From an uncultured Alphaproteobacteria bacterium (GTDB taxonomy: Bacteria > Pseudomonadota > Alphaproteobacteria > Rickettsiales > UBA1997), in NCBI GenBank assembly GCA_903858915.1, contig CAIOKL010000278.1, forward strand, positions 1 to 38,811: a DNA stretch of 38,811 bases, read 5' to 3'. The position numbers and the translations under genes were made by a program. Below the pieces are notes generated by a model. That model was not told the origin of the DNA, searched no databases, and worked only from the letters and a program-made list of their open reading frames with translations. Below, piece after piece: positions 1-9,188 of this stretch. Each line of letters begins with the position of its first letter. Within the stretch, counting starts at the first letter, position 1.

Positions 1-45
1 AGGATTGTAAGTTGCAAATTATTGTCAAAAGTAAAATAAAAAATT

Positions 46-1209
46 TCATAATTTTAAAATCTCATTAACCGCTAAACTCATTGGATTTTTGATGTTATTT
101 AAGCCAAGAATTTCGAGCGAATTATTAGCATCGATTATTTGTTTTTGCGCGCAATCTTTATTTTCGATAAGTTCAAAAATTTTTTCGGAAATTAATTTTC
201 CATTGCAATTATCTTGAAGAAGTTCGGGAATAATTTCTTTTTTGGCAATCAAATTTAAAAGATTAGCAAATTTTATTTTAACCATTCTTTTTACGATGAA
301 ATGAGTTATAAAATTTATTTTATAAGCGATGATTAAAGGAATTCTATGTAAAGATATTTCAATGGCGTTGGTGCCTGATTTTGCAAGCGCAAAGTCACAT
401 GAATAAAAAGCTTTTTTCTTGTAATCTTGTTGTTCAATTAAGAAATATTCAACGGCAATTTTTTTAGACAATTCTTCGACAATATTTTTAGTTTTTTTGA
501 CGATTGGAATAACGATTTTTATATTAGGAATTTTGTTTTTTAAAATATTTATAGCGTCGATAAATTCTGGAAATATTCGCTTAACTTCGCCATTTCGACT
601 TCCGGGAGTTAGTAAAATTAATTTAGAATCGTGAGGAATTTTATAAAATTCACGAAACTCAGAATTGATTTCATCTTTTTTAGAAAAATCTGGGGCGTCA
701 TCAATTAAAGGATGTCCAATAAAAACACTTTTTAAGCCATATTTTTCAAAATATGGAGGCTCAAAAGGAAGAATTGTTAGAAGCAAATCGTAAAGTTGCG
801 CAATTTTTTTGGCGCGCCCCTCGCGATAAGCCCAGACTGATGGCGCGATTAAGTGAACTTTTTTAATTTTTGAAAAATCGGAAGTTTTTTTCAATTTTTT
901 TAAAACTCTAAAACAAAAATCCGGTGAATCGATGGTGATTAAAATATCCGGTTGAAAATCATGAATTTTCTCAACAACTTGATTAATTCTTTTTAATAAT
1001 TTGGGAATGTGCGGAACCACTTCTAAGAAGCCCATAACCGCTAAATCTTCAAGAGAAAAAATTGATTTAAATCCACAATTTTCCATTTGTTGACCGCCAA
1101 CTCCGCAAAATTCAATTTGTGGATTTGATATTTTTAATTCGCGCACTAACTTAGAGCCAAGAAGGTCTCCCGATGCTTCACCCGCCACAATAAAAATTTT
1201 TTTAATCAT
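46..1209 (-). CDS. lpxB: Lipid-A-disaccharide synthase
   Basis: About 390 aa. N-terminal IFIVAGEASGD motif and overall LpxB-like layout. The ORF-track start at 1221 is TTG; I prefer the ATG at 1207-1209 (MIKKIFIVAGE...). Confidence 0.9.
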   Translation of the reverse strand: MIKKIFIVAGEASGDLLGSKLVRELKISNPQIEFCGVGGQQMENCGFKSIFSLEDLAVMGFLEVVPHIPKLLKRINQVVEKIHDFQPDILITIDSPDFCFRVLKKLKKTSDFSKIKKVHLIAPSVWAYREGRAKKIAQLYDLLLTILPFEPPYFEKYGLKSVFIGHPLIDDAPDFSKKDEINSEFREFYKIPHDSKLILLTPGSRNGEVKRIFPEFIDAINILKNKIPNIKIVIPIVKKTKNIVEELSKKIAVEYFLIEQQDYKKKAFYSCDFALAKSGTNAIEISLHRIPLIIAYKINFITHFIVKRMVKIKFANLLNLIAKKEIIPELLQDNCNGKLISEKIFELIENKDCAQKQIIDANNSLEILGLNNIKNPMSLAVNEILKL

Positions 1210-1371
1210 AAACTTTGCCAAATTATTTTTTTAAATTTATTATGAATAAACTATTAGTTTTTTCAAAACTTTTTTCGTAATAATTAAAATTAAAATTCAA
1301 TTTAAGAAATTAATTTTGTAAATCAAAATTAAAATTAAAAACAATTTAAAACCTCAATATTTTTAAAATTT

Positions 1372-2385
1372 ATGACTAGAAAAATTGCAGTTGTGGGCGC
1401 CACGGGAAATGTTGGACGCGAAATTCTAAATCTTCTTCATGAAAGAAAATTTCCCGCTGATGAAATCGTTGCTTTGGCTTCGCAAAATTCCGTCGGTAGA
1501 AAAGTTTCTTACGGCAATAAAACTTTAATCGTGCAAGCGCTTGATACTTATGATTTTAAAGGCACTTCGATTGCGCTTTTTTCTCCGGGTGGAAAAGTGT
1601 CGGCGATTCATGCGCCAAGAGCTGGCAAGGCTGGTTGCGTTGTCATCGACAATACTTCGCATTTTCGTATGGACGAAGATGTGCCGTTGATTGTTCCGGA
1701 GGTCAATCCTGAAGCGATTGCGGGCTATAAAAAAAGTAATATTATTGCCAACCCAAATTGCTCAACGATTCAAATGGTTGTTGCGCTAAAACCTCTTCAC
1801 GACATTGCAAAAATTAAAAGAATTGTTGTGGCAACTTATCAAGCGGTTTCGGGCGCGGGTAAGGAAGCGATGGACGAACTTTATAATTCGACAAAAAAAG
1901 TTTACGAAAACCAAAATGTCGAGCCTTCTAAATTCAGTCGCCGTATCGCTTTTAATGTGATTCCGCAAATCGATGTTTTTATGGAAGATGGCGTTTCAAA
2001 AGAAGAGTGGAAAATGAAAGTCGAAACTAAAAAAATTCTTGATCCAAATATTGAAGTTGAGGCGACTTGCGTTCGCGTGCCAGTGTTTAATGCGCATTCC
2101 GAGGCTGTTAATGTCGAGTTTGAAAGCGAAATTACTCCCGAACAAGCTCGTGAAGCCCTTGAAGAAACTGACGGCGTTATCGTAATTGATAATCCTCAAG
2201 AAATGAAATTTGTAACTCCGATTGAAGCTTCCGCAAAAGATCCAGTTTTTGTATCGAGAATTCGTAAAGATTCTTCGGTTAAACACGGTCTTTCTTTGTG
2301 GGTTGTGGCGGATAATTTGAAAAAAGGTGCGGCGCTTAATGCAGTGCAAATTGCTGAAATTTTAGTTGAGAAATACGGGTTGTAA
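1372..2385 (+). CDS. asd: Aspartate-semialdehyde dehydrogenase (short type)
   Basis: N-terminal VVGATGNVGRE Rossmann motif, active-site NPNCSTI, 337 aa, ATG start. Confidence 0.95.
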   Translation: MTRKIAVVGATGNVGREILNLLHERKFPADEIVALASQNSVGRKVSYGNKTLIVQALDTYDFKGTSIALFSPGGKVSAIHAPRAGKAGCVVIDNTSHFRMDEDVPLIVPEVNPEAIAGYKKSNIIANPNCSTIQMVVALKPLHDIAKIKRIVVATYQAVSGAGKEAMDELYNSTKKVYENQNVEPSKFSRRIAFNVIPQIDVFMEDGVSKEEWKMKVETKKILDPNIEVEATCVRVPVFNAHSEAVNVEFESEITPEQAREALEETDGVIVIDNPQEMKFVTPIEASAKDPVFVSRIRKDSSVKHGLSLWVVADNLKKGAALNAVQIAEILVEKYGL

Positions 2386-2535
2386 ATAACTGGTTTCTAA
2401 TTTTAAAATTCATTGTTGGCGAGGTTATTTACTCGCAATTGCGGGGAGTTTGTCAAAATAAAATCAATCGCTAATGGACGAAATTATTTCGCCCGAAGCA
2501 ATTGTTGGTTTTATCAAAATTTGCGTAGAGATTAT

Positions 2536-3501
2536 TTATATAATCATCGTTCCCGCGCCACTTTCAGTGAAGATTTCCATTAATAAAATATTGTCAACAC
2601 CGCCATTGAGAATATGCGCATGCCCTACTCCGGCTTCAATAGCACTGATACAAGTTTCAATTTTTGGAATCATTCCGCCAGTTATAACGCCGTCAGCAAT
2701 CATTTGTTTGGCGGTGGCAACATTCAAATGACTTACTAATTCGCCATTCGGAAGCATTACGCCGTCAATATCGGAAAGAATAATTAATTTTGAGGCATTA
2801 ATTGCCGATGCGATTGCTCCGGCAACGGTATCAGCGTTGATGTTATAAGTTTCGCCATTATCGCCAATTCCGATTGGGGCGATGACGGGAATTATATCGG
2901 AATCTTCGAAAATACTTAAGAAATCTGGATCGACTTGATAAGGCTCGCCAACGAAACCGAGATTAAGAATTTTTTCAATATTTGAGTTTGGATCTTTTTT
3001 AACTTTGGTGGCTTTTTTAGCGCGAATTAAATTGCCGTCTTTGCCACAAATTCCGATGGCTTTACCTGAGGCCAAATTAATTTCTTTCACAATCATTTTG
3101 TTAATTGAGCCAGCTAAAACCATTTCAACGATATCAACGGTTTCAGCATCTGTAACCCTTAATCCGTCAATAAAAGTTGATTTTATGTTGAGTTTTTCGA
3201 GCATTTTGCCGATTTGCGGACCACCGCCATGAACAACGATTGGATTGATTCCAACTTGTTTAAGTAAAACTATATTTTTCGCAAAATTTTTTAAATTATT
3301 TTCGCCACCCATTACCGCTCCGCCAAACTTAATAACAAAAGTTTCGCCAGAAAATTTGCGCATGTAAGGCAAGGCTTCGCAAAGAACCTCGGCTTTTTTG
3401 ATCCATTCTTGTTGACTACTTTCTTTTTGCAAACTTATTTTTTCAATAGGTGTTATTTCGCAAGATTTATTTTTATCATTAATATTTATAATGTTTGTCA
3501 T
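2536..3501 (-). CDS. argB: Acetylglutamate kinase
   Basis: FVIKFGGAVM and VVHGGGPQIG amino-acid-kinase motifs. 321 aa with a short N-terminal extension. Confidence 0.93.
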   Translation of the reverse strand: MTNIININDKNKSCEITPIEKISLQKESSQQEWIKKAEVLCEALPYMRKFSGETFVIKFGGAVMGGENNLKNFAKNIVLLKQVGINPIVVHGGGPQIGKMLEKLNIKSTFIDGLRVTDAETVDIVEMVLAGSINKMIVKEINLASGKAIGICGKDGNLIRAKKATKVKKDPNSNIEKILNLGFVGEPYQVDPDFLSIFEDSDIIPVIAPIGIGDNGETYNINADTVAGAIASAINASKLIILSDIDGVMLPNGELVSHLNVATAKQMIADGVITGGMIPKIETCISAIEAGVGHAHILNGGVDNILLMEIFTESGAGTMII

Positions 3502-3554
3502 TTTTTAAATAATTCAATTAATTTTTACTAAGTAAAAAACATTTAATTGTTCAA

Positions 3555-4175
3555 TCAAGAATTTTTTATAAAATCTTTCATGGGAACAATTTCATAATCG
3601 CAAAAATTATTTAAACAATCAATAAATTTTAAAGTTTTTATTGGCATTAATTGATGCTCATTAACGATTATTTTAGAAATTTTTAGATTTTTATTTTTTA
3701 TAGCTTCCAAACAACAAAGAGTGTGACTTATTGAACCTAAGTAATTTGAGGTAACTAATAAAATTGGTAATTTTAATTCTTTAGCCAAATCTAAAAAAGT
3801 AAAATGATTATTAATCGGCGTCATTACTCCGCCAGCGCCTTCTATCAATAATGTTTGTTGATTTTTTTGAGAATTTTTAATATTTTTTACGCAAAAATCT
3901 ATAATTTCTTTTTTGGAAATATTGCTTACAAAATTTGGGGAAAGAGCTTTTTTAAAACGCCAAGGAGAAATTTTATCAAGATTTATGTTATTTATTTTGA
4001 TATTTTGCGCCATTAAAATTTTAGCGCTATCAGAATTATTATCATTGGTAAAGCCTGTTATTATTGGCTTAATGGCATTATATTTGGAATTTTTTTTGCA
4101 TAAATTTTCGACAAGAAAAGTTTTACCGATATCGGTCCCGACCGCTAAAACTATATAAGATTTTTCGTTGAGCAT
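3555..4175 (-). CDS. bioD: Dethiobiotin synthetase-like ATPase
   Basis: P-loop-like VGTDIGKT and LLIEGAGGVMTPI motifs typical of BioD, 206 aa. No other bio genes in the window. Confidence 0.8.
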   Translation of the reverse strand: MLNEKSYIVLAVGTDIGKTFLVENLCKKNSKYNAIKPIITGFTNDNNSDSAKILMAQNIKINNINLDKISPWRFKKALSPNFVSNISKKEIIDFCVKNIKNSQKNQQTLLIEGAGGVMTPINNHFTFLDLAKELKLPILLVTSNYLGSISHTLCCLEAIKNKNLKISKIIVNEHQLMPIKTLKFIDCLNNFCDYEIVPMKDFIKNS

Positions 4176-5371
4176 TATTGTAAATTAGAGAATGTGCTAT
4201 AAATCGGACCGAACACCGCCACCGCAATCCACGCGATCATTCCACCCATGATGATTGTGATTGTAGGTTGAATTAAGGATACAATCCTTTCGATTGAGTC
4301 ATTGATTTCTTTGTCATAGAAATATTTGATATTTCTTAAAGAGCCTTCCATGTTACCACTTTCCTCACCGACTTTAAACATTCTAACTACGAGGTTGGGG
4401 AAGAATTTGGTGGCGGAGATTGATCCTGAAAGAGATTGGCCGTCGGAAACTTGTTGGCGTACAAATGAGAGGGCGCCTTTGATGGCTTTATTTTTTAAAG
4501 TAACGCTTGAAGAATCAAGGCATTCAAGCACTCCCAGACCACTTTTGAAAGTCATCGAGAAAAATTGGCAAAATTTTGCGGATTCAATTTTAGTAATAAT
4601 CGGTCCAAAAACTGGAATTTTAAGTTTAATGTAATCGATTTTTACGCTAAGTTTTGGAAATCTTCCAAGAATTTTCATTACGGCCCAAATCGATGGCGGA
4701 GTTGAGACTATGAGGAACCAATAGGTTTGAACGAAATTCGAAAAAGCGATTAATGCAACGGTAAGAAATGGTAAACCAATACTTTGCGCCGCCAAGAATC
4801 CGGTAACTTTTGGAACTACCACCGCGGTCATGATTCCAAGCACTGTAAACATCAAAATTATACCGAATAAAGGACCCATTATGGCCTTACGAGTTTTTCG
4901 ACGAATTTCAATATTCCATTTAATATCTTCAATAATATTTAAAAAAGAATTTGATAAATTACCAGTTTTTTCACCCATTGAAATCAAGCCAATGTAGGTC
5001 GCTTTGAATATTTCGGGGCGCTTTGCAAGACTTTCAGAAAATAAATTGCCATTTTTAATTGATTCGTAAAGCTCTTGCATCAAGTTTTTAATTTTTGATG
5101 AATCCGCCGTTTCTTTTAAATCTTGTATGGAGTCAATGATTGATACGCCTGCTCTATCCAGCTGTTCAAGGTGAATAAAAATTGTAACTAATTCTGAGCT
5201 TTTTAATCCTCCAAAAAATGCAGAGGCGCGCTTTTTATCTTCGCGATAAGAGACTAATTCCATTTCGCTCGATTTCAATAAGGACATCAACTCAGATGGG
5301 TTATCGGCGGCAATTTTGCCACTAACATATTTTCCATCTTGATTGATTGCTTTATATTTAAAATTAGCCAT
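4175..5371 (-). CDS. pilC: Type IV pilus / type II secretion platform protein (PilC/GspF family)
   Basis: 398 aa. N-terminal YKAINQDGKxVSGKI, three hydrophobic TM segments, and two GspF-type repeats ending in GEESGNMEGSL...IQPTITIIMGG. Its stop overlaps the bioD start by 1 nt (TAATG). Confidence 0.85.
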   Translation of the reverse strand: MANFKYKAINQDGKYVSGKIAADNPSELMSLLKSSEMELVSYREDKKRASAFFGGLKSSELVTIFIHLEQLDRAGVSIIDSIQDLKETADSSKIKNLMQELYESIKNGNLFSESLAKRPEIFKATYIGLISMGEKTGNLSNSFLNIIEDIKWNIEIRRKTRKAIMGPLFGIILMFTVLGIMTAVVVPKVTGFLAAQSIGLPFLTVALIAFSNFVQTYWFLIVSTPPSIWAVMKILGRFPKLSVKIDYIKLKIPVFGPIITKIESAKFCQFFSMTFKSGLGVLECLDSSSVTLKNKAIKGALSFVRQQVSDGQSLSGSISATKFFPNLVVRMFKVGEESGNMEGSLRNIKYFYDKEINDSIERIVSLIQPTITIIMGGMIAWIAVAVFGPIYSTFSNLQ

Positions 5372-5374
5372 TTT

Positions 5375-5926
5375 TTATTTTATTTTTTTCATTCTTTTTA
5401 AAATCATCTCGCGTTTTAAAGGAGAGATTTTATCAACAAAAGTAATGCCGTTTAGGTGATCGATTTCATGTTGAATACAAGTCGCAGAAATCCCATCAAA
5501 GTTTTTTACTTGCTTTTCGCCATTGAAGTCAAGATATTTTAATTTAATCGATTCAGGACGAGTCACTTCGGCTCGCGCACCTGGAAATGACAGGCAACCC
5601 TCGTTAAAAACCGAGCCTTTGCTAGAAAATTCAATAATTTCAGGATTAACAAAATATTGCGGATTGGCATTTTTAATGTGAATTCCCGAGCAATCGCCAT
5701 GATGGTGATGATGATCGTTATCGTCCGATTCATAATCGATATACATCACTAAAACTCTTTTTAAAACCCCCACTTGAACACTCGCCAAGCCAATCCCATT
5801 CTCGCTATACATGGTATTTAACATGGCTTTCATAAATTCGCGTAATTCATCATCAACCGCCAAAACTGGTTTAGAAATTTTTTTAAGAAGCGGGTCTGGC
5901 GCGAGAATTAGGGGTAATATTTTCAT
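5375..5926 (-). CDS. def: Peptide deformylase
   Basis: GIGLASVQVG, EGCLSFPG and QHEIDHLNG metal-binding motifs. I prefer the ATG at 5924-5926 (MKILPLILAPDP), two nt from the purN stop, over the ORF-track start at 5953, which would overlap purN. Confidence 0.93.
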   Translation of the reverse strand: MKILPLILAPDPLLKKISKPVLAVDDELREFMKAMLNTMYSENGIGLASVQVGVLKRVLVMYIDYESDDNDHHHHHGDCSGIHIKNANPQYFVNPEIIEFSSKGSVFNEGCLSFPGARAEVTRPESIKLKYLDFNGEKQVKNFDGISATCIQHEIDHLNGITFVDKISPLKREMILKRMKKIK

Positions 5927-5928
5927 AA

Positions 5929-6528
5929 TTAATTTTCTAAAATTTTTGTACAAACTTTTTTTAAAGTTAGTGGATAAATTTCATGCTCTTTAGCTAAAAT
6001 TTTTTGAGATAAAATATCTTTGTTGTCATCTTTATCGATATCGACTTGAGACTGCATAATTATTGGTCCCGCATCCATTTCATGAGAAACAAAATGCGTG
6101 GTACAACCAGAAATTTTAGCGCCAGCTTTTAAGGCATCTTCCACAGCGTTGGCACCTTTGAAATCGGGAAGTAATGATGGATGAATATTAATAATTTTAT
6201 TATGCCATTTATCTACGAACCACTCAGAGAGAAGGCGCATGAAGCCCGCCAAGCAAATTATTTCAACATTATATTTAATAATTTCTTGATGCAGAGCTTT
6301 GTCAAATTCTTCGCGAGAATTTGGATAATTACTAAAATTTTTATGATCTAAAATGAAAGTTTTAATTGATTTTGATTTGGCGTATTCTAACCCTAAAGCG
6401 TTGTGGTTGTTTGAACCGACTATTACAATTTCAGCTGGAAAATCTGAATTTTCGCAAGCGTCAATTAATTTTTGCATATTCGATCCGCGTCCCGAAATTA
6501 AAATGGCGACCTTTACTTTGTTTTGCAT
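5929..6528 (-). CDS. purN: Phosphoribosylglycinamide formyltransferase
   Basis: VAILISGRGSN and NIHPSLLP motifs, 199 aa. Confidence 0.93.
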   Translation of the reverse strand: MQNKVKVAILISGRGSNMQKLIDACENSDFPAEIVIVGSNNHNALGLEYAKSKSIKTFILDHKNFSNYPNSREEFDKALHQEIIKYNVEIICLAGFMRLLSEWFVDKWHNKIINIHPSLLPDFKGANAVEDALKAGAKISGCTTHFVSHEMDAGPIIMQSQVDIDKDDNKDILSQKILAKEHEIYPLTLKKVCTKILEN

Positions 6529-6530
6529 AA

Positions 6531-7217
6531 TTAAAACAAACTTTTCAATGATTCAAACATTAAATTGCCATCATTTGAACCAGTATTTTTGTCAACGGCC
6601 CGTTCAGGGTGAGGCATCATGCCCAAAATATTTCTCGATTCATTAAAGACGCCGGCGATATTGAAAATTGAGCCATTCGGGTTTGAATCGTCGGAAACAT
6701 TACCATTTTCATCGACATAACGAAAAGCCACCAAGCCTTTATCTTCAATGTTTTTAATGGTATTTGGCTCGGCGAAATAATTGCCGTCCATATGCGCGAT
6801 AGGAATTTTAATTATTTGACGATTTTTATATTTTTTAGTGAAATCCGAATCATTATTTTCAACCCGCAAATTGACTTCGCGACAAATAAATTTCATTTTT
6901 TTGTTTCGCATCAAAACTCCCGGCAATAAATTGCTTTCGGTTAAGATTTGAAAACCGTTACAAATGCCCAAAACTCTAACGCCTTTTTGCGATAATCTTC
7001 TGACTTCTTGCATTATCGGAGAAATGCTTGCCATGGCGCCACTGCGAAGGTAATCGCCAAAAGAAAATCCTCCAGGAACGACGATTAAATCTAGGTCATT
7101 GTCGAGAGAAGTTTCGGTGTGCCAAAGGCGCTGAACTTTGCTACTTAATTTTTGTAAAGCGATGACGGCGTCGCGATCGCAATTCGAACCGGGAAAAGTT
7201 ATAACGGCAGATTTCAT
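6531..7217 (-). CDS. purQ: FGAM synthase, glutaminase subunit
   Basis: ITFPGSNCDRD, catalytic GICNGFQIL and MMPHPER motifs, 228 aa. Confidence 0.94.
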   Translation of the reverse strand: MKSAVITFPGSNCDRDAVIALQKLSSKVQRLWHTETSLDNDLDLIVVPGGFSFGDYLRSGAMASISPIMQEVRRLSQKGVRVLGICNGFQILTESNLLPGVLMRNKKMKFICREVNLRVENNDSDFTKKYKNRQIIKIPIAHMDGNYFAEPNTIKNIEDKGLVAFRYVDENGNVSDDSNPNGSIFNIAGVFNESRNILGMMPHPERAVDKNTGSNDGNLMFESLKSLF

Positions 7218-7233
7218 TATTTAAAAATTTAAA

Positions 7234-7482
7234 TTAATTTTTTAAGATTTGATATGAATAATCTTCGATAATTTTATTAACCAATAATTTATCGCAAATA
7301 TCATCAACGATAATTTTAATTTTTTCTTGATCAGTCTCGTTGATTTCAATATCGACAAACTTTCCTTGACGAACATTGGAAATTTGGGAGTAACCAAGAT
7401 TTTTATTCAAAGAGGCTTCAATGGCTTTTCCTTGAGTGTCTAAAACGGCTTTTTTGAGCGCAATATTAATTCTGATTTGCAT
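7234..7482 (-). CDS. purS: FGAM synthase, PurS subunit
   Basis: 82 aa. LKKAVLDTQG...VRQGKFVDIEI pattern typical of PurS, located between purC and purQ. Confidence 0.9.
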   Translation of the reverse strand: MQIRINIALKKAVLDTQGKAIEASLNKNLGYSQISNVRQGKFVDIEINETDQEKIKIIVDDICDKLLVNKIIEDYSYQILKN

Positions 7483-7485
7483 AAT

Positions 7486-8208
7486 TTAAAAATTAATTTT
7501 TAATCGATTAGCAACCTCTTGATAGGCTTCAACTAGACCGCCTAAATCACGACGAAAACGGTCTTTGTCAAGTTTTTCAGAGGTATTTTCGTCCCATAAT
7601 CTACAACTATCGGGACTAATTTCGTCTGCCAATAAAATTTGATTTTTATTGTTCACATCAAAACCAAATTCAATTTTAAAATCAACTAATTTAATTTGAA
7701 TATCTTTAAATATTTTTTGGAGAATATTGTTGATTTTTAAAGAGTAATCCTTGATTTCTTGAAGTTGATTTTTGTTGATAATTTTTAAAACATTGATGGC
7801 ATGATCATCGTTGATTAAAGGGTCGCCGAGGGCGTCATCTTTGTAGCAAATTTCAAAAATTGGCGCTAATAATTCGCGACCTTCTTCGATGCCAAGTCTT
7901 TTAGCCATTGAGCCGGCGGAGATGTTGCGAATTATAACTTCGAGCGGAATAATTTTGACTTTTTTAATCAATTGCTCTCTTTTATCGAGCCTTTTAACGA
8001 AATGCGTTGGAATGTTTTCTTCGGCGAGTTTCAACATTATGAATTCGGAAATAACATTATTTAAAACGCCCTTCCCTTCAATCACGGCCTTTTTTTGAGC
8101 GTTAAAAGCGGTGGCGTCATCTTTAAAATATTGTACTAAAAAATTTGTATCTTCAGTTGAATAAAGAATCTTGGCCTTGCCTTCGTATATTTTATCAATT
8201 TTTTGCAT
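7486..8208 (-). CDS. purC: SAICAR synthetase
   Basis: YEGKAKILY N-terminus and LADEISPDSCRLWD motif. The ORF-track start at 8283 overlaps hemF by 50 nt; the ATG at 8206-8208 (MQKIDKIYEGKAK) gives a typical 240-aa PurC. Confidence 0.92.
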   Translation of the reverse strand: MQKIDKIYEGKAKILYSTEDTNFLVQYFKDDATAFNAQKKAVIEGKGVLNNVISEFIMLKLAEENIPTHFVKRLDKREQLIKKVKIIPLEVIIRNISAGSMAKRLGIEEGRELLAPIFEICYKDDALGDPLINDDHAINVLKIINKNQLQEIKDYSLKINNILQKIFKDIQIKLVDFKIEFGFDVNNKNQILLADEISPDSCRLWDENTSEKLDKDRFRRDLGGLVEAYQEVANRLKINF

Positions 8209-8233
8209 TTTATTTATAAAAAAATTTTTAAAT

Positions 8234-9088
8234 TTATTCCCATTTTGCGATTGGCGGTAAAGACATAAGAATTGCTTCAACATTGCCTCCCGTCATAAGT
8301 CCAAAGCGGGTTCCGCGATCATAAATTAAATTAAATTCTGCATAAAGTCCGCGTTTTTGGAGCTGAATTTCTTTTTGTTGTTCGGTAAATTTTTTGGACA
8401 TTTGGCGACGCACAATTTTTGGATAAATATCTAAAAAAGCCAAGCCAACATTTTTAGTAAATTCAAAATCATTGTCAAAATTTTCGGTGTTTAAATAATC
8501 ATAAAAAATTCCGCCAACACCGCGCGCAACATTGCGATGCTTGATGAAAAAATATTCGTCACACCATTTTTTTTGCTTTTCGTAATAAGTTGGATCGGCA
8601 GAATCGCAAGCTTTTTTTAAAGAAGCGTGAAAATCAATGGTGTCTTGAGGGTTTTCAACGGCGGGGTTGAGGTCAGTTCCGCCACCAAACCAAGTTTTTT
8701 GAGTGCAAATAAATCGCGTGTTAAGATGAACGGCGGGAACGAGTGGCGACTTCATGTGCGCCACTAAAGAAATTCCGCTCGCCCAAAATCTTGGATCTTC
8801 TTTGGCGCCGGGAATTTCGTTGCGAAATTCGGGGCTAAATTCGCCATAAACTTCCGAAAAATTTACACCAACTTTTTCAAATACATTGCCTTTCATTACA
8901 GACATTTCGCCGTGTCCGCCATCATTGTCGGGACGCGATTTTTCTTGTCGATCCCAATTTTTTCTTGAAAATTTTCCAGGGTATTTTTTATCGAATTCGG
9001 CTTCAATTTTTTCGAATTCAAAACAGATTCCATCGCGTAAAAAACGAAACCAATTTGAGCATTTTTGTTGCTTTTCTTCAAGATTCAT
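8234..9088 (-). CDS. hemF: Oxygen-dependent coproporphyrinogen III oxidase
   Basis: GGGTDLNP and RGLYAEFNLIYDRGTRFGL motifs, 284 aa. Confidence 0.92.
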   Translation of the reverse strand: MNLEEKQQKCSNWFRFLRDGICFEFEKIEAEFDKKYPGKFSRKNWDRQEKSRPDNDGGHGEMSVMKGNVFEKVGVNFSEVYGEFSPEFRNEIPGAKEDPRFWASGISLVAHMKSPLVPAVHLNTRFICTQKTWFGGGTDLNPAVENPQDTIDFHASLKKACDSADPTYYEKQKKWCDEYFFIKHRNVARGVGGIFYDYLNTENFDNDFEFTKNVGLAFLDIYPKIVRRQMSKKFTEQQKEIQLQKRGLYAEFNLIYDRGTRFGLMTGGNVEAILMSLPPIAKWE

Positions 9089-9188
9089 AATTTAAATAAA
9101 TTTAGGTTTACTGAATAAAAAATTTATTTTAAAATAACTTTTTTTAAATAAAATCAATTTATTACTATATTTAATTTTTTTTTCAAAA

